64,000 nucleotides of DNA, from positions 1 through 64,000 of the IMG/VR virus record IMGVR_UViG_3300027780_001580; one strand, given 5' to 3'. The notes beneath the pieces were generated by a model. It was not told where the DNA came from. It did not search any database and saw only the letters and a list, made by a program, of their open reading frames with translations. Shown one piece after another: positions 48,601 to 59,800 of this stretch (position 1 is the first letter of the stretch; every line of letters begins with the position of its first letter). Made by a program: the position numbers and the translations under genes. The stretch is from a virus (taxonomy: Duplodnaviria; Caudoviricetes).

Positions 48601-48908
48601 TGGCAACTAATTACGGTTCATCAAGTCCTTGGTTTAACACACCTGATAACCAAAGCGGCGAATATTTAGACTTAATGAGAATTCGCACTATACCTGCATC
48701 ACCAGATGATGTATTATATGAAATAGAACCGCAATACAATTATCGACCAGACTTGTTAGCATATGATATGTATGGAAGTCCTAAACTATGGTGGGTATTT
48801 GCACAACGTAACATGGACACTATTAAAGATCCAATATACGATTTAAAAGTAGGCACTAAAATCTATCTACCAAAAGCATCAGCTATTGCAGATAGACTAG
48901 GGGTATAA
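48600..48908 (+). CDS. Baseplate wedge protein (gp53/LysM-like)
   Basis: YRPDLLAYDMYG..KLWWVFAQRN...DP.......IYLP. Confidence 0.8.
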   Translation: MATNYGSSSPWFNTPDNQSGEYLDLMRIRTIPASPDDVLYEIEPQYNYRPDLLAYDMYGSPKLWWVFAQRNMDTIKDPIYDLKVGTKIYLPKASAIADRLGV

Positions 48909-48909
48909 G

Positions 48910-51324
48910 ATGACAACTGAAGGTGAAAAAACCGGCGGCATTGATGCAGAAAAAGACTTTACTACACAAACAGTTGAGCTAGGTGCTACAGCCGTTGACG
49001 ACTTTAACGAATTTAGAAATAACTCAGGGTCCGGTATAAGCATAGGCCAGGGTAGGTTTGGCTTTAGCCCAGGACGATCACAGGCACAGTTTGGTACTCC
49101 AACTAATAAACAATCGTCTGCAACAGTAGAACCAACTGGCACAGGTAAAACTGAAACTAGAAAAGGTGACGGCAAAATTAGAGAAAGTGTTCAGTCTAAT
49201 GAGCTCGAACAGTTCACTTCAATGAACTACATGTTTGGTCTTTACTGTTTAACTACTGAAGAAATATTAGATCCTGACAACACCTATATGAATGGTAATA
49301 GCGAACCAGAAGTTGTTATTATTAAAAGTGGCGGAGGAACTAGAAACCTCGGTGCAAGAAAAGCAATGACGTCTTTGGAAAAAGAAGGCGGCAGAGTTGA
49401 ATATTATATTGACGGCTTGGATATAGACTCAATAATTGGATATAACTCTACTACTCGTGCTGTACAACTGCACAGAGGCAGTTTTAAAGTAATTGAACCT
49501 TATAGTATGGGACAGTTTTTAGAAGCGTTACAAGTTGCGGCAAATATGGCAGGTCATCATACCTACACACAAGCAACGTTTTTGATATCAGTTGAATTTG
49601 TAGGCTATACTGGCGATAACCAAACGGTAAGAGCCGCCAAACGTATGATGCCGGTACAGTTAACAGAAGCAGGTATGACAGTTGACGGTAGCGGAACAAC
49701 ATATGAACTTACATTTTTATCAGCAGGAGCATCTGCTAATAAAAATTCAGTACAACAACTTCAAACTGATGTGCAACTTGTTGGGAATGATCTGCAAGAA
49801 GTATTACAAAGTGGAGAACAAAGTTTAACAGCAATTCTTAATAGCACTCTTATGAAAAGAGAAGAAGGTAATGATAATGAGTATGCTGATCAATATATTA
49901 TATTATTTCCACCTAAGAATGCACTACAAAGTGCTAAGGCACGTAGGGCAAGCGAAATACAAATTAACGAATTAAACTCTGACAATGAAGCCGTAGACGA
50001 TATGTCTGGGTTCTTAGAAAAAATTTCCGGAGTCGAAACTATTAAAATACAATCCGGTAAAGGTGTACAAGCACAATTAGCACAGAGTCTAAAAGAAGAT
50101 GAAATGAATGCAATTGGTAGGTCGAAATTAGTTTCTACGGCATTACAATCAGGTGAAGTACAACCGTTACCAATGGACCAAATGTATGATCCAATTAAAA
50201 AGACATATGAACTAAAACTAAACACTATCCCTGCAGACAAACGTGCATTTAAATTTGAAAAAGGTACTAAGATCAATAACATTATTGAAGAACTAGTATT
50301 AATGAGCGAATACGGAAAACAGATGCTTGAGTCAAAGCAGGTTGCAGGATACCGTGATTGGTTTAGTATTTCAACAATGGTATTTCAAGTTCCAATTGAT
50401 GGAATTGAACAACGCAAAGGTCGCCCACCGTTTATATACATTTTTAAAGTGATACCTTATGCTGTACATGCTAGTACTTGGATGGCTCCAGGAGATATTG
50501 CTCCAGAGGCTCCGATAAATGATATTGCAAGAGAATACAATTATTTGTACACAGGCAAAAACAAAAATGTTTTAAACTTTGATTTAACATTTAACGCAAG
50601 ATTTTTAACACCAATTCCAAGAGATCAAGCGGGAGACACAAGTACAGCACAAAATGCTGGTGATTCGGCAACTGCCAATGAAGAAGATACATCAAAAAAA
50701 ATAGTGGCTGATGCAGGCAAGGAAGAAAAACCAATAGTACCACTTAAATCAACTCTTGAATCTGATATTGAAATTATTACATCAGGTATGCGAGCAGTAC
50801 CTTCGGACACTAAAGAAGTAATTGCAAGAACATTTCATAAAGCACTTGTTAACAGCGGATTAGACTTGGTTGAAGTACAATTAGAAATTATGGGAGATCC
50901 GTATTTCTTAAGTGATAGCGGAACAGGCAATTACCAATCAGCAGAAGGATCAACTTGGTACCAAGACGCAGATGGTCAAATAGATCATGTACGTTCTCAA
51001 CAGTTTGTACGATTGAATTTTAAAACACCATACGATTATAGTTCTAGTAGTTCAACTATAGAATTTCCAACAGTACAATCAGAAACTGATGGAGTGACAG
51101 TTAGACAGTTTAGTGGATTATATAAAGTTAATGAAGTAAAACATACATTTGATAGCGGGAAATTTACACAAATGCTAACGTTACTAAGAATGAACAATCA
51201 AGCAGAGCTTGACTACAAAAACAAACAAGCTGGAGAAAAGGTTGGTGCAAGTTTGGAAGGTGGTGCAGATAAAACTACTACACTTACTAACAGTTCAAAC
51301 TCCAGTAGAGGAATGCAGAGATAA
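48910..51324 (+). CDS. Baseplate hub protein (gp27/late control D-like)
   Basis: EYNY.YTGKN..VLNFDL.FN, LEIMGDPYF and FSGLYKV..VKH.F..GKFTQ.LTL.R. Confidence 0.65.
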   Translation: MTTEGEKTGGIDAEKDFTTQTVELGATAVDDFNEFRNNSGSGISIGQGRFGFSPGRSQAQFGTPTNKQSSATVEPTGTGKTETRKGDGKIRESVQSNELEQFTSMNYMFGLYCLTTEEILDPDNTYMNGNSEPEVVIIKSGGGTRNLGARKAMTSLEKEGGRVEYYIDGLDIDSIIGYNSTTRAVQLHRGSFKVIEPYSMGQFLEALQVAANMAGHHTYTQATFLISVEFVGYTGDNQTVRAAKRMMPVQLTEAGMTVDGSGTTYELTFLSAGASANKNSVQQLQTDVQLVGNDLQEVLQSGEQSLTAILNSTLMKREEGNDNEYADQYIILFPPKNALQSAKARRASEIQINELNSDNEAVDDMSGFLEKISGVETIKIQSGKGVQAQLAQSLKEDEMNAIGRSKLVSTALQSGEVQPLPMDQMYDPIKKTYELKLNTIPADKRAFKFEKGTKINNIIEELVLMSEYGKQMLESKQVAGYRDWFSISTMVFQVPIDGIEQRKGRPPFIYIFKVIPYAVHASTWMAPGDIAPEAPINDIAREYNYLYTGKNKNVLNFDLTFNARFLTPIPRDQAGDTSTAQNAGDSATANEEDTSKKIVADAGKEEKPIVPLKSTLESDIEIITSGMRAVPSDTKEVIARTFHKALVNSGLDLVEVQLEIMGDPYFLSDSGTGNYQSAEGSTWYQDADGQIDHVRSQQFVRLNFKTPYDYSSSSSTIEFPTVQSETDGVTVRQFSGLYKVNEVKHTFDSGKFTQMLTLLRMNNQAELDYKNKQAGEKVGASLEGGADKTTTLTNSSNSSRGMQR

Positions 51325-52877
51325 TGTATAGTCCATTAATAGATCAAGTATCAGTTCACAAAGTTCCGGTAATGTTCCCTGGACCATATCTTGCTAAGGT
51401 TGTTAGTTTTGTTGATTCTGAATATATGGGAACTTTACAAGTTCAGTTATTAAAAACTACAACAACAGGTAACTCAAACTTTGCAAACGGCTCAATGTAT
51501 CAAGCAAGATATTTGTCACCATTTACAGGGCAAACTCCAAGAGCAGGAGTAACAAAAAATGACGGGTACCGAGATTCACAACAAAGTTATGGCATGTGGA
51601 TGATTCCGCCTGATATTGGAACACAGGTTCTTATAATTTTTGCAGAAGGTAATCCCAACCAATGTTATTGGTTAGGGTGTGTACAAGATAGATATTCAAA
51701 TTTTGCAGTTCCGGGAAATGCCGCAACATCACACACTACAAAAACTGAACCTGAAAAAATGCAGGGTGCAAAATTACCTGTAACAGAGTATAACAAAGAA
51801 ACTGAATCAGGTTTAGGTCAAGACCCAACTAAGTTTAAAAAACCGTTCCAAGAAGATTTTACAAATGGTCTTATTGAGCAAGGTCTAATTTTTGACGAAG
51901 CAAGAGGCATTACAACATCAAGTGCTAGACGAGAAGTTCCTAGTGCAGTTTTTGGATTTAATACTCCAGGTCCGATTGACAAACGCCCAGGTGCTCCAAA
52001 AACAAAAATAGGAACATTAGAAGGAAATGCCGATGTCTTTAAATCAAGACTTGGCGGCACATCACTTGTAGCAGATGATGGCGATGATAAATTTTTAAGA
52101 AAAACTACAGCCGAAGATGGTCCTCCAGAGTATGCTGATGTAATGGCTAATGAAACTGATGGTAAGCCAGACCTTCCACACAACGAATTATTCCGTGTGC
52201 GTACTAGAACAGGGCATCAAATACTTTTACATAATAGTGAAGATTTAATTTATGTGGGTAATGCTAGAGGAACAAGTTGGATTGAACTTACAAGCGATGG
52301 CAAAGTTGATATATATGCCGGCGATAGTATTAGTATGCACACTAAGAATGATTTTAACTTTACAGCAGACCGTAATGTTACAATTGAAGCTGGTGCTAAC
52401 TTGTACTTAAAAGCAAGTGGAAATTACACAGGAACAAAAGCTGGCAAAGGAAAAATACAAATAGAGTCAAGTGCTGACACAAACATATTAATCGGTGCAA
52501 ACGGAAAAATTACAACATCAACTAACTTTGATTTAAACACAGGTAGTGCAAACAAGTTCACAGCAGGAACAACGTCAGACTTTAATAGTGGTGGAAATCA
52601 TACAGAAACAGCATCAAACATTCATATGAATGGTCCAACAGCCGCAACAGCTGATCCAGTTAGTGCATTGAATACACATACTGTTCCAGGAGAAGAATCA
52701 CCGGTACTAGTACAGCGTGTTCCACAACATGAACCATGGGGTTGGCATGAAAATTTAAATCCTACAGCACACAAGCCGTTTGCTACAGATAGAGACAATA
52801 ATTTTACAACTAAGAATGATAAACCAACGCCTAGAATTCCTGATACGTTTAATAAAGACAGTAAAACCAATGGATAA
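51324..52877 (+). CDS. gp5: Baseplate spike protein (gp5/VgrG-like)
   Basis: OB-fold SYGMW..PPDIGTQVL..F..G.....YW.GC, RTRTGHQILL and beta-helix repeats. Confidence 0.8.
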   Translation: MYSPLIDQVSVHKVPVMFPGPYLAKVVSFVDSEYMGTLQVQLLKTTTTGNSNFANGSMYQARYLSPFTGQTPRAGVTKNDGYRDSQQSYGMWMIPPDIGTQVLIIFAEGNPNQCYWLGCVQDRYSNFAVPGNAATSHTTKTEPEKMQGAKLPVTEYNKETESGLGQDPTKFKKPFQEDFTNGLIEQGLIFDEARGITTSSARREVPSAVFGFNTPGPIDKRPGAPKTKIGTLEGNADVFKSRLGGTSLVADDGDDKFLRKTTAEDGPPEYADVMANETDGKPDLPHNELFRVRTRTGHQILLHNSEDLIYVGNARGTSWIELTSDGKVDIYAGDSISMHTKNDFNFTADRNVTIEAGANLYLKASGNYTGTKAGKGKIQIESSADTNILIGANGKITTSTNFDLNTGSANKFTAGTTSDFNSGGNHTETASNIHMNGPTAATADPVSALNTHTVPGEESPVLVQRVPQHEPWGWHENLNPTAHKPFATDRDNNFTTKNDKPTPRIPDTFNKDSKTNG

Positions 52878-52899
52878 AAATTAAGGTAAATATAGTACT

Positions 52900-53337
52900 A
52901 TGGCAAGCGAATTATATAAAAATATTACAGTTACATCATCTAGTAGCCCGGGTAACCCGGCAACTGCTAATCGTGCCTATAGAGGGCTTAGTACTGTTAA
53001 CCCAGAAAACGTAAGTAAGACGTTATATGACATTGGGTTAATTAAACAAGATTTATTAAATCATTTTCATATCAGACAAGGGGAAAAACTAGAAAATCCT
53101 GAGTTTGGTACAATTATATGGGACGCTATCTTTGAACCAATGACACCGTCAATGGAAGAAGCAATAGCTGAAAATGTTAAACAGATTGTAAATTCAGATC
53201 CAAGAATAGTTGTTAACAAAATTGTTATTGATTCATACGAGAGTGGTATTATTATCGACTGTGATCTAACATATTTGCCTTACAATATCAGTGAAAAGAT
53301 GCGTCTAACATTTGACGAGAGTGCGGGAGTGAATTAA
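52900..53337 (+). CDS. gp25: Baseplate wedge subunit (gp25-like)
   Basis: IKQDLLNHF..RQGE...NPEFGTIIW..IFEP...DPRI. Confidence 0.9.
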   Translation: MASELYKNITVTSSSSPGNPATANRAYRGLSTVNPENVSKTLYDIGLIKQDLLNHFHIRQGEKLENPEFGTIIWDAIFEPMTPSMEEAIAENVKQIVNSDPRIVVNKIVIDSYESGIIIDCDLTYLPYNISEKMRLTFDESAGVN

Positions 53338-53390
53338 GTACACACTTAACGCAATACAATAAATAGTACTATACTAAGGAAAGCAAACAA

Positions 53391-56300
53391 ATGGCGTCAA
53401 CAGATAGACAGAACAGATTACTAATAGCGGAGGATTGGGCCAAGGTCTATCAGTCTTTCCGTAATGCTGAATTTAAATCATACGATTTTGATAATTTACG
53501 CAGAACTATGATTAATTACCTCAGAGAAAATTATCCTGAGGACTTTAACGATTACATTGAATCAAGTGAATACTTGGCACTTATTGACCTTATTGCTTTC
53601 CTAGGACAAAACGTTGCTTTCCGTGTTGACTTAAATGCTAGAGAAAACTTTTTAGAACTTGCATCTCGTAGAGAAAGCGTACTAAGACTAGCACGTTTAC
53701 TTTCTTATAATCCTAAGCGTAATAAACCAGCTAACGGATTGCTTAAAATGGAAAGTGTTTCAACTACAGAAGATGTAATTGATAGCAACGGAACAAATGT
53801 AGCTAGCCAATCAGTTATTTGGAACGACCCAAGTAACGCTACTTGGAGAGAGCAGTTTGAAAGAGTACTAAATGCCGCATTGCCTTTAAATTCGCAGTTT
53901 GGTAAACCAATTAAAAAAGACTCAGTAGAAGGTGTACCTACAGACCAATACAGATTTAACGCTTCCAATACTGATGTTCCTGTTTATACTTTTAGTAAAA
54001 ACGTTGATGGTAGAAGTTTACAGTTTCAGATTGTTTCTACAGATGTTAGTAACGGTGTAATTTCAGAAGAAGCACCATTACCAGGAAACAGTTTAGGATT
54101 TCTTTTTAGAGATGATGGCAGAGGACCAGGATCAACTAACGCAGGATTTTTTGCACACTTCCGTCAGGGAGTTATTGATACAGGGGCATTTAACATTGAC
54201 ACGCCTAGCACTAACCAAGTTGTAAGTATTGATTCAATAGATGTCAACAACGATGATGTTTGGCTTTATAAGTTAAATTCAATTGGTGCAGAGGACGAGT
54301 TATGGACTAAAGTTGATGCTGTTGAAGGTAATAACATTGTTTACAATAGTACAAGAAAAAATCAAAGAAACATTTTTGCTGTATTAACAAAAACACAAGA
54401 TGCAATTGATATGATCTTTAGTGACGGAGTATTTGGTAATCTTCCTAAAGGGGCATTTAGAGCATACTATAGAAGTAGTGCTAATGATTCGTTTAATATT
54501 GTTCCTAAAGACTTAACAAATATTTCTGTAGCAGTTCCGTACATATCTAAAGCAGGAAATTCTGAAACACTAAATTTAGCATTTTCTTTGAAGTACACAG
54601 TTGACAATGCAAGTAGAAGCGAAACTAACGCAAGTATTAGAGCAAACGCTCCGTCAACTTATTATACACAAAATAGAATGGTAACTGGTGAAGACTACCA
54701 AGTAGCACCACTAGGTATTAGCCAAGAAATTATTAAAGTTAAAACTGTTAATAGATCCGCAAGTGGAATTAGTAGGTATTACGACTTATTAGATTCTACA
54801 GGAAAATATTCAAATACTAGTTTGTTTGGAACAGACGGTCTTCTTTACAAAGAATTAACAGAAAGTAAAGAACAGTTTACATTTAGTACTAGAACAGATG
54901 TTGAAGGAACTATTGAAAATATAATTACACCACTGTTGTCAAAAACATCTGTAATTAACTATTACCTTGATAAGTTTCCAAAGGTCCTAGTTGCAGATTT
55001 ACAAGCAAAATGGTCACAACTATCTACAGCAACAAATTATAGTACGGGTAAGTTTTTAGACTCACAAGATGCTACATATCAAGTTGGAACATTTACTGGT
55101 AGTGGACTACGATTTATTGAACCAGGAAGTTTAATTAAATTTGTAGCACCAACAGGCCAATACTTTAATAGCAACGGAACACTAGGAACGGGTAGTATAT
55201 TACCAACCAATGCAACAGATTACGTTTGGACAAAAGTAGTAAGTGTTGCAGGTGACGGCAGAACAAACAATATTGACGGTACTGGACCAATTGCATTTAA
55301 TGATATTATTCCAGCTAACGCAGTACTAGCGGAAATTAGACCAAAGTTTAGTAAGGCATTAGTAACTGACATTAAGACCCAGTTAATTGATCAAGTGTTT
55401 GCATACAGAACATTTGGGTTAAGATACGATGCTAATTTAAGACAGTGGCGTTTAGTTACAGAAAATAATTTAGATATTACAAGTAATTTTAGTACAGGTA
55501 AAACAGGTGATATTACAAACCAACAACTTGATGCAAGTTGGTTATTATTGTTTGAAACTGACGGAGCAACATATACTATTAGTTATAGAGGACTAAGATA
55601 CGTATTTGAAAGCAATGAAGAAATTAGATTCTTCTACGATAGCGAACAGAAAATTTACGATAATAAAACAGGGCAAATTGTTAAAGATAAAATTAGCGTA
55701 TTATCTATTAATACTTTACCAGACGGTACTGCACCATTTAGTAGTGATTATCCTTGGCAAATTGTTAAAGAATACAGAGACCCAGAAGGGTACATTGATA
55801 GTAAAAAGATTGAAGTTGGATTCTTTGATACTGATGATGATTCGGTAGTTGATGATCCTGATACATTTAACGTATTAATTTCTCCAACAACTAATGTTAA
55901 CTCAAAGTTTATTTTCTTAAAGAAATATATAACATCTGATAACATTGAAGATTTTAAATATTGTGACAATGCTGATGAAAATATTACAGTAGTTACTAAC
56001 GATGGGTTTATACAGCTATCAGGTATGCCAACTGGAAAAGTATTTTATGTTGTAAGCACAGAAGTGTTTAAGAAGTATAATGCAACTACAGGATTGTTAA
56101 CACAAACAACAGACTATAAAGCCTACGTAGGCAGAGACAAATTAAAGTTCCATTATGTGCATACAGCAGATGATGATAATCGTATTGATCCAAGTAGTAC
56201 AAACATTAATGATTGTTACTTATTAACAAAGAAATATGATGCATCGTTTAGACAGTATTTGAGAGGAGTAACACCAGCGTTACCTTTACCTCCAAGTAGT

Positions 56301-56828
56301 GATAATTTGTTTAATAGCTACGGAGCAGAGATTAATAAAATTAAGTCAATTAGTGACGAAGTTATATATCACCCAGTTAAATACAAAGTACTATTTGGTG
56401 CAAAAGCAGAAACAAACATGCAGGCAACATTTAAAATTGTAAAAAATTCAGAACAAGTTGTAAATGACAATGATATTAAATCAAAGGTTATTACAGCAAT
56501 TAACGAATTCTTTGCACTTGAGAATTGGGACTTTGGAGATACATTTTACTTCACTGAACTAAGCACATATGTAATGAATCAAGTTTCACCAGATTTAGTA
56601 AGTTTAATCATTGTACCAAGGCAGACTGAACAGTCGTTTGGTAGTTTATTTGAAATAAGAAGTGAAGCAGACGAAATTTTTATTAGCGGAGCAACAGTTG
56701 ATGACATTACAGTTATTGATGCTATTACCGCAAGTAGAATACAAGCATCAGGAACTGTTGTTACTGCATCAGGCACGACAACAAGCAACGGAATTACAAG
56801 TGGCACTACATACAGTAGTGGCTATTAA
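53391..56828 (+). CDS. gp6: Baseplate wedge subunit (gp6-like)
   Basis: SYDFD.LR..MI.YL...YPEDFND, ENFL..A.RRESV.RLA...SY.PKR, F.DG.FG..P and APSTYYTQNRMVTGEDY. Confidence 0.85.
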   Translation: MASTDRQNRLLIAEDWAKVYQSFRNAEFKSYDFDNLRRTMINYLRENYPEDFNDYIESSEYLALIDLIAFLGQNVAFRVDLNARENFLELASRRESVLRLARLLSYNPKRNKPANGLLKMESVSTTEDVIDSNGTNVASQSVIWNDPSNATWREQFERVLNAALPLNSQFGKPIKKDSVEGVPTDQYRFNASNTDVPVYTFSKNVDGRSLQFQIVSTDVSNGVISEEAPLPGNSLGFLFRDDGRGPGSTNAGFFAHFRQGVIDTGAFNIDTPSTNQVVSIDSIDVNNDDVWLYKLNSIGAEDELWTKVDAVEGNNIVYNSTRKNQRNIFAVLTKTQDAIDMIFSDGVFGNLPKGAFRAYYRSSANDSFNIVPKDLTNISVAVPYISKAGNSETLNLAFSLKYTVDNASRSETNASIRANAPSTYYTQNRMVTGEDYQVAPLGISQEIIKVKTVNRSASGISRYYDLLDSTGKYSNTSLFGTDGLLYKELTESKEQFTFSTRTDVEGTIENIITPLLSKTSVINYYLDKFPKVLVADLQAKWSQLSTATNYSTGKFLDSQDATYQVGTFTGSGLRFIEPGSLIKFVAPTGQYFNSNGTLGTGSILPTNATDYVWTKVVSVAGDGRTNNIDGTGPIAFNDIIPANAVLAEIRPKFSKALVTDIKTQLIDQVFAYRTFGLRYDANLRQWRLVTENNLDITSNFSTGKTGDITNQQLDASWLLLFETDGATYTISYRGLRYVFESNEEIRFFYDSEQKIYDNKTGQIVKDKISVLSINTLPDGTAPFSSDYPWQIVKEYRDPEGYIDSKKIEVGFFDTDDDSVVDDPDTFNVLISPTTNVNSKFIFLKKYITSDNIEDFKYCDNADENITVVTNDGFIQLSGMPTGKVFYVVSTEVFKKYNATTGLLTQTTDYKAYVGRDKLKFHYVHTADDDNRIDPSSTNINDCYLLTKKYDASFRQYLRGVTPALPLPPSSDNLFNSYGAEINKIKSISDEVIYHPVKYKVLFGAKAETNMQATFKIVKNSEQVVNDNDIKSKVITAINEFFALENWDFGDTFYFTELSTYVMNQVSPDLVSLIIVPRQTEQSFGSLFEIRSEADEIFISGATVDDITVIDAITASRIQASGTVVTASGTTTSNGITSGTTYSSGY

Positions 56829-56843
56829 TGGGGAATAGTCTAA

Positions 56844-59800
56844 ATGGCTTTTAATGATAATCAATCTGATAACGCTCTTCCAGTAGGTGCAAATCAGTCG
56901 AAGCGAACTAGTGCAGACCATCTTCCTAAGTATTTTAGAACAGATTCTAATAAGAAGTTTCTAAGTGCTACATTAGATCAGCTTTTAAATCCAGGCGTTG
57001 CTGAAAAAATATCAGCATACTACGGTAGACGAATTGCCAAGGCTAGAACAGCCAGTGATAACTATGTTTCAGATGTAAATGCTGATAGAGAAAATTATCA
57101 ATTTGAACCTGCTACAGTTATTCAAGATGAATTAGACAACGTTACGTTTTATAAAGACTACAACGATTATAAAAATCAGATTAAAGCGTTCAACGGCACA
57201 GTTTCAAACGATAGTGTATTAAACAGACAAGAGTACTATGCTTGGAACCCACATGTTAATTGGGACAAGTTTACAAACTTTAGAGAATACTATTGGTTAC
57301 CAAATGGTCCAATAGGTATTGGTGTTGCTGGCCAAGCCAAAGACATTGATAGTACATTTACAGTTACAAGTGAAGACAATCTTGATAACACAGCGTATGT
57401 ATTTTCACCAGATGGCAAAACACAGAATCCGTCATTAAAATTATTTAGAGGACAAACATATACGTTTATTCTTAATACTCCTGGTATGCCTTTAACTTTT
57501 AGAACGCAAAGAAGTTTAGATTCAGAAGTACTGTATACTGACGGTATTGACGACAGTACACAAACAACAGACATTGGAACAATTACTTTTAGAGTAGATA
57601 TTAATGCTCCGGATACATTATACTATATTAACGGAAACGATATTAATACCAGTGGACTAATTAAAATTTACGATGTTGTAGAAAATAGTTCAATTGATGT
57701 TGATGCAGAAATCATTGGCAAACAAGAATATACAATGTCAAATGGATATAAACTATCCAATGGAATGAAGCTATATTTCCAAGGTACAGTTACTCCTGCA
57801 AAGTATGCACAGGGCGAGTGGTATGTTGAAGGTGTTGGCGAAAAGATTAAATTAGTATCAGACGAAAATGTTATGATACCAGGAACTTATGCTACAGATA
57901 AACCTGTACCATTTGATTCAGACGCATTTGATAGACTTCCTTTTAGTAATGCAAACAGCTTTGCAGGATCTAAAGATTATGTTTGTATGAACAAGTCAAG
58001 TAATGATTTAAATCCGTGGGCAAGGTATAACAGATGGACACATAAAACTGTTATTGAAGCTACTGCAACTATTAATGGTATTATACCTGAAATTGATCAA
58101 GCAAATAGAGCTAAACGTCCTATTATTGAATTTAATGAAAACATTAAACTTTACAAGTTTGGTACATATGCAAAAACAAATGTAGACTTAATTGATACTT
58201 ATACTACTGATGTATTTTCAACAGTTGAAGGTGCGTTAGGTTACAACATTGACGATGTTGAAGTTGCAGACGACATGCGTGTATTGTTTACTGCTGATCC
58301 AGATTCCTTTGTGTCAGGCAAGATTTTCAAAATAAAATATATTACACACAACAATGTTAGACAGATTAGTTTAATTGAAGAAACTGATACAACACCATTA
58401 TTAAATGAAGTAGTGTTAGTTGAATCTGGTACTACTAACAAAGGTAAAATGTGGTATTACGATGGAACTAAATGGTGTCTAGCACAAGAAAAGACAGCAA
58501 TTAACCAAACTCCTATGTTTGATTTGTTTGATAGCAATGGTGTTACGTATTCTAACGCAACAACATATAAAAGCACAACCTTTACTGGTAACAAACTTTT
58601 TAGCTATAAACAAGGAACAGGCACTAACGATGTAGAACTAGGATTTCCAATAAGTTATAGAGCGTTACAAAACACTGGCGATATTGAATTTGATTTTAAC
58701 TTACTAAACAGTACGTTTACGTATCAAGAAAACAATGCAGTAGTAAGTGTTAATTCTGACAAGGGTGTACTAAGACAATATTCTGATAGAGAAACATTTG
58801 CATATGTAAGTGGATGGACTAAAGGTAGTGCTGAAAGTAAACAGCTTGTTAATAGGCAGTATATTGTAACTACACAGTTTAATGATTTTGCTATTGATGT
58901 TTATGACAGAAGCGGCGACCTAAACGATTTATGGGTAAGAGCATATGTTAACGACAAACGTAAACTTGAACTTACAGACTTTGTTATTAATAGAATTAAT
59001 GGTGTAGCATATGTTACATTTACAAAGGATCTAAAAGAACACGACAACGTAGTAATTAAAACTAATAGTGCTACAACAAAAAATAGTAACGGTGTTTATG
59101 AATTTCCAATTAACTTTGAACGTAATCCTAAAAACGAAAATATTGCTTCTTTTACACTAGGCGAAGTTAACGACCATGTTGAAAGCATCACTGAATACAG
59201 AGATGACTGGACAGGAACTTTTCCAGGAACAAGTAATTTACGAGATCTAGGAAACTTATCAGCGTACGGTCATAGATTTACACAGCACAGTGGATTAACC
59301 AACCTTGCACTATATCATATAACTGATAAGAATGCAAATATTATTAAAGCACTTAAATTTGGAAGAAAAGAATACGGCAAGTTTAGAAGAACATTTTTAC
59401 AAACTGCTGAAACTTTAGGGTTTGACGGGCAAACAAGAGTACACTTTGATAAAGTATTATCAGCATTAAATCTTAATAAGACTAATGACATGCCATTTTA
59501 CTTTAGTGATATGATTGGTCATGGAATTAGTAATGTTATTACACACAAAGTTTATGATGCTGATCAAGCATATTATAGTTTAACATCAGACTTCAGCCTA
59601 ACAACTCCAACTAATACAGCAATTAGTGTATACCGCAACGATGCGTTATTGACTCACGGGGACGACTACGAATTTGAAGTAGGCTTTGAAGGATTTATAA
59701 AATTCTTAAAAGTGTTAACTGTTAATGATGTTATTACAGTATACGAATATGAAAATACTGATGGTTCATTTATTCCTGAAACTCCAACTAAGTTAGGATT

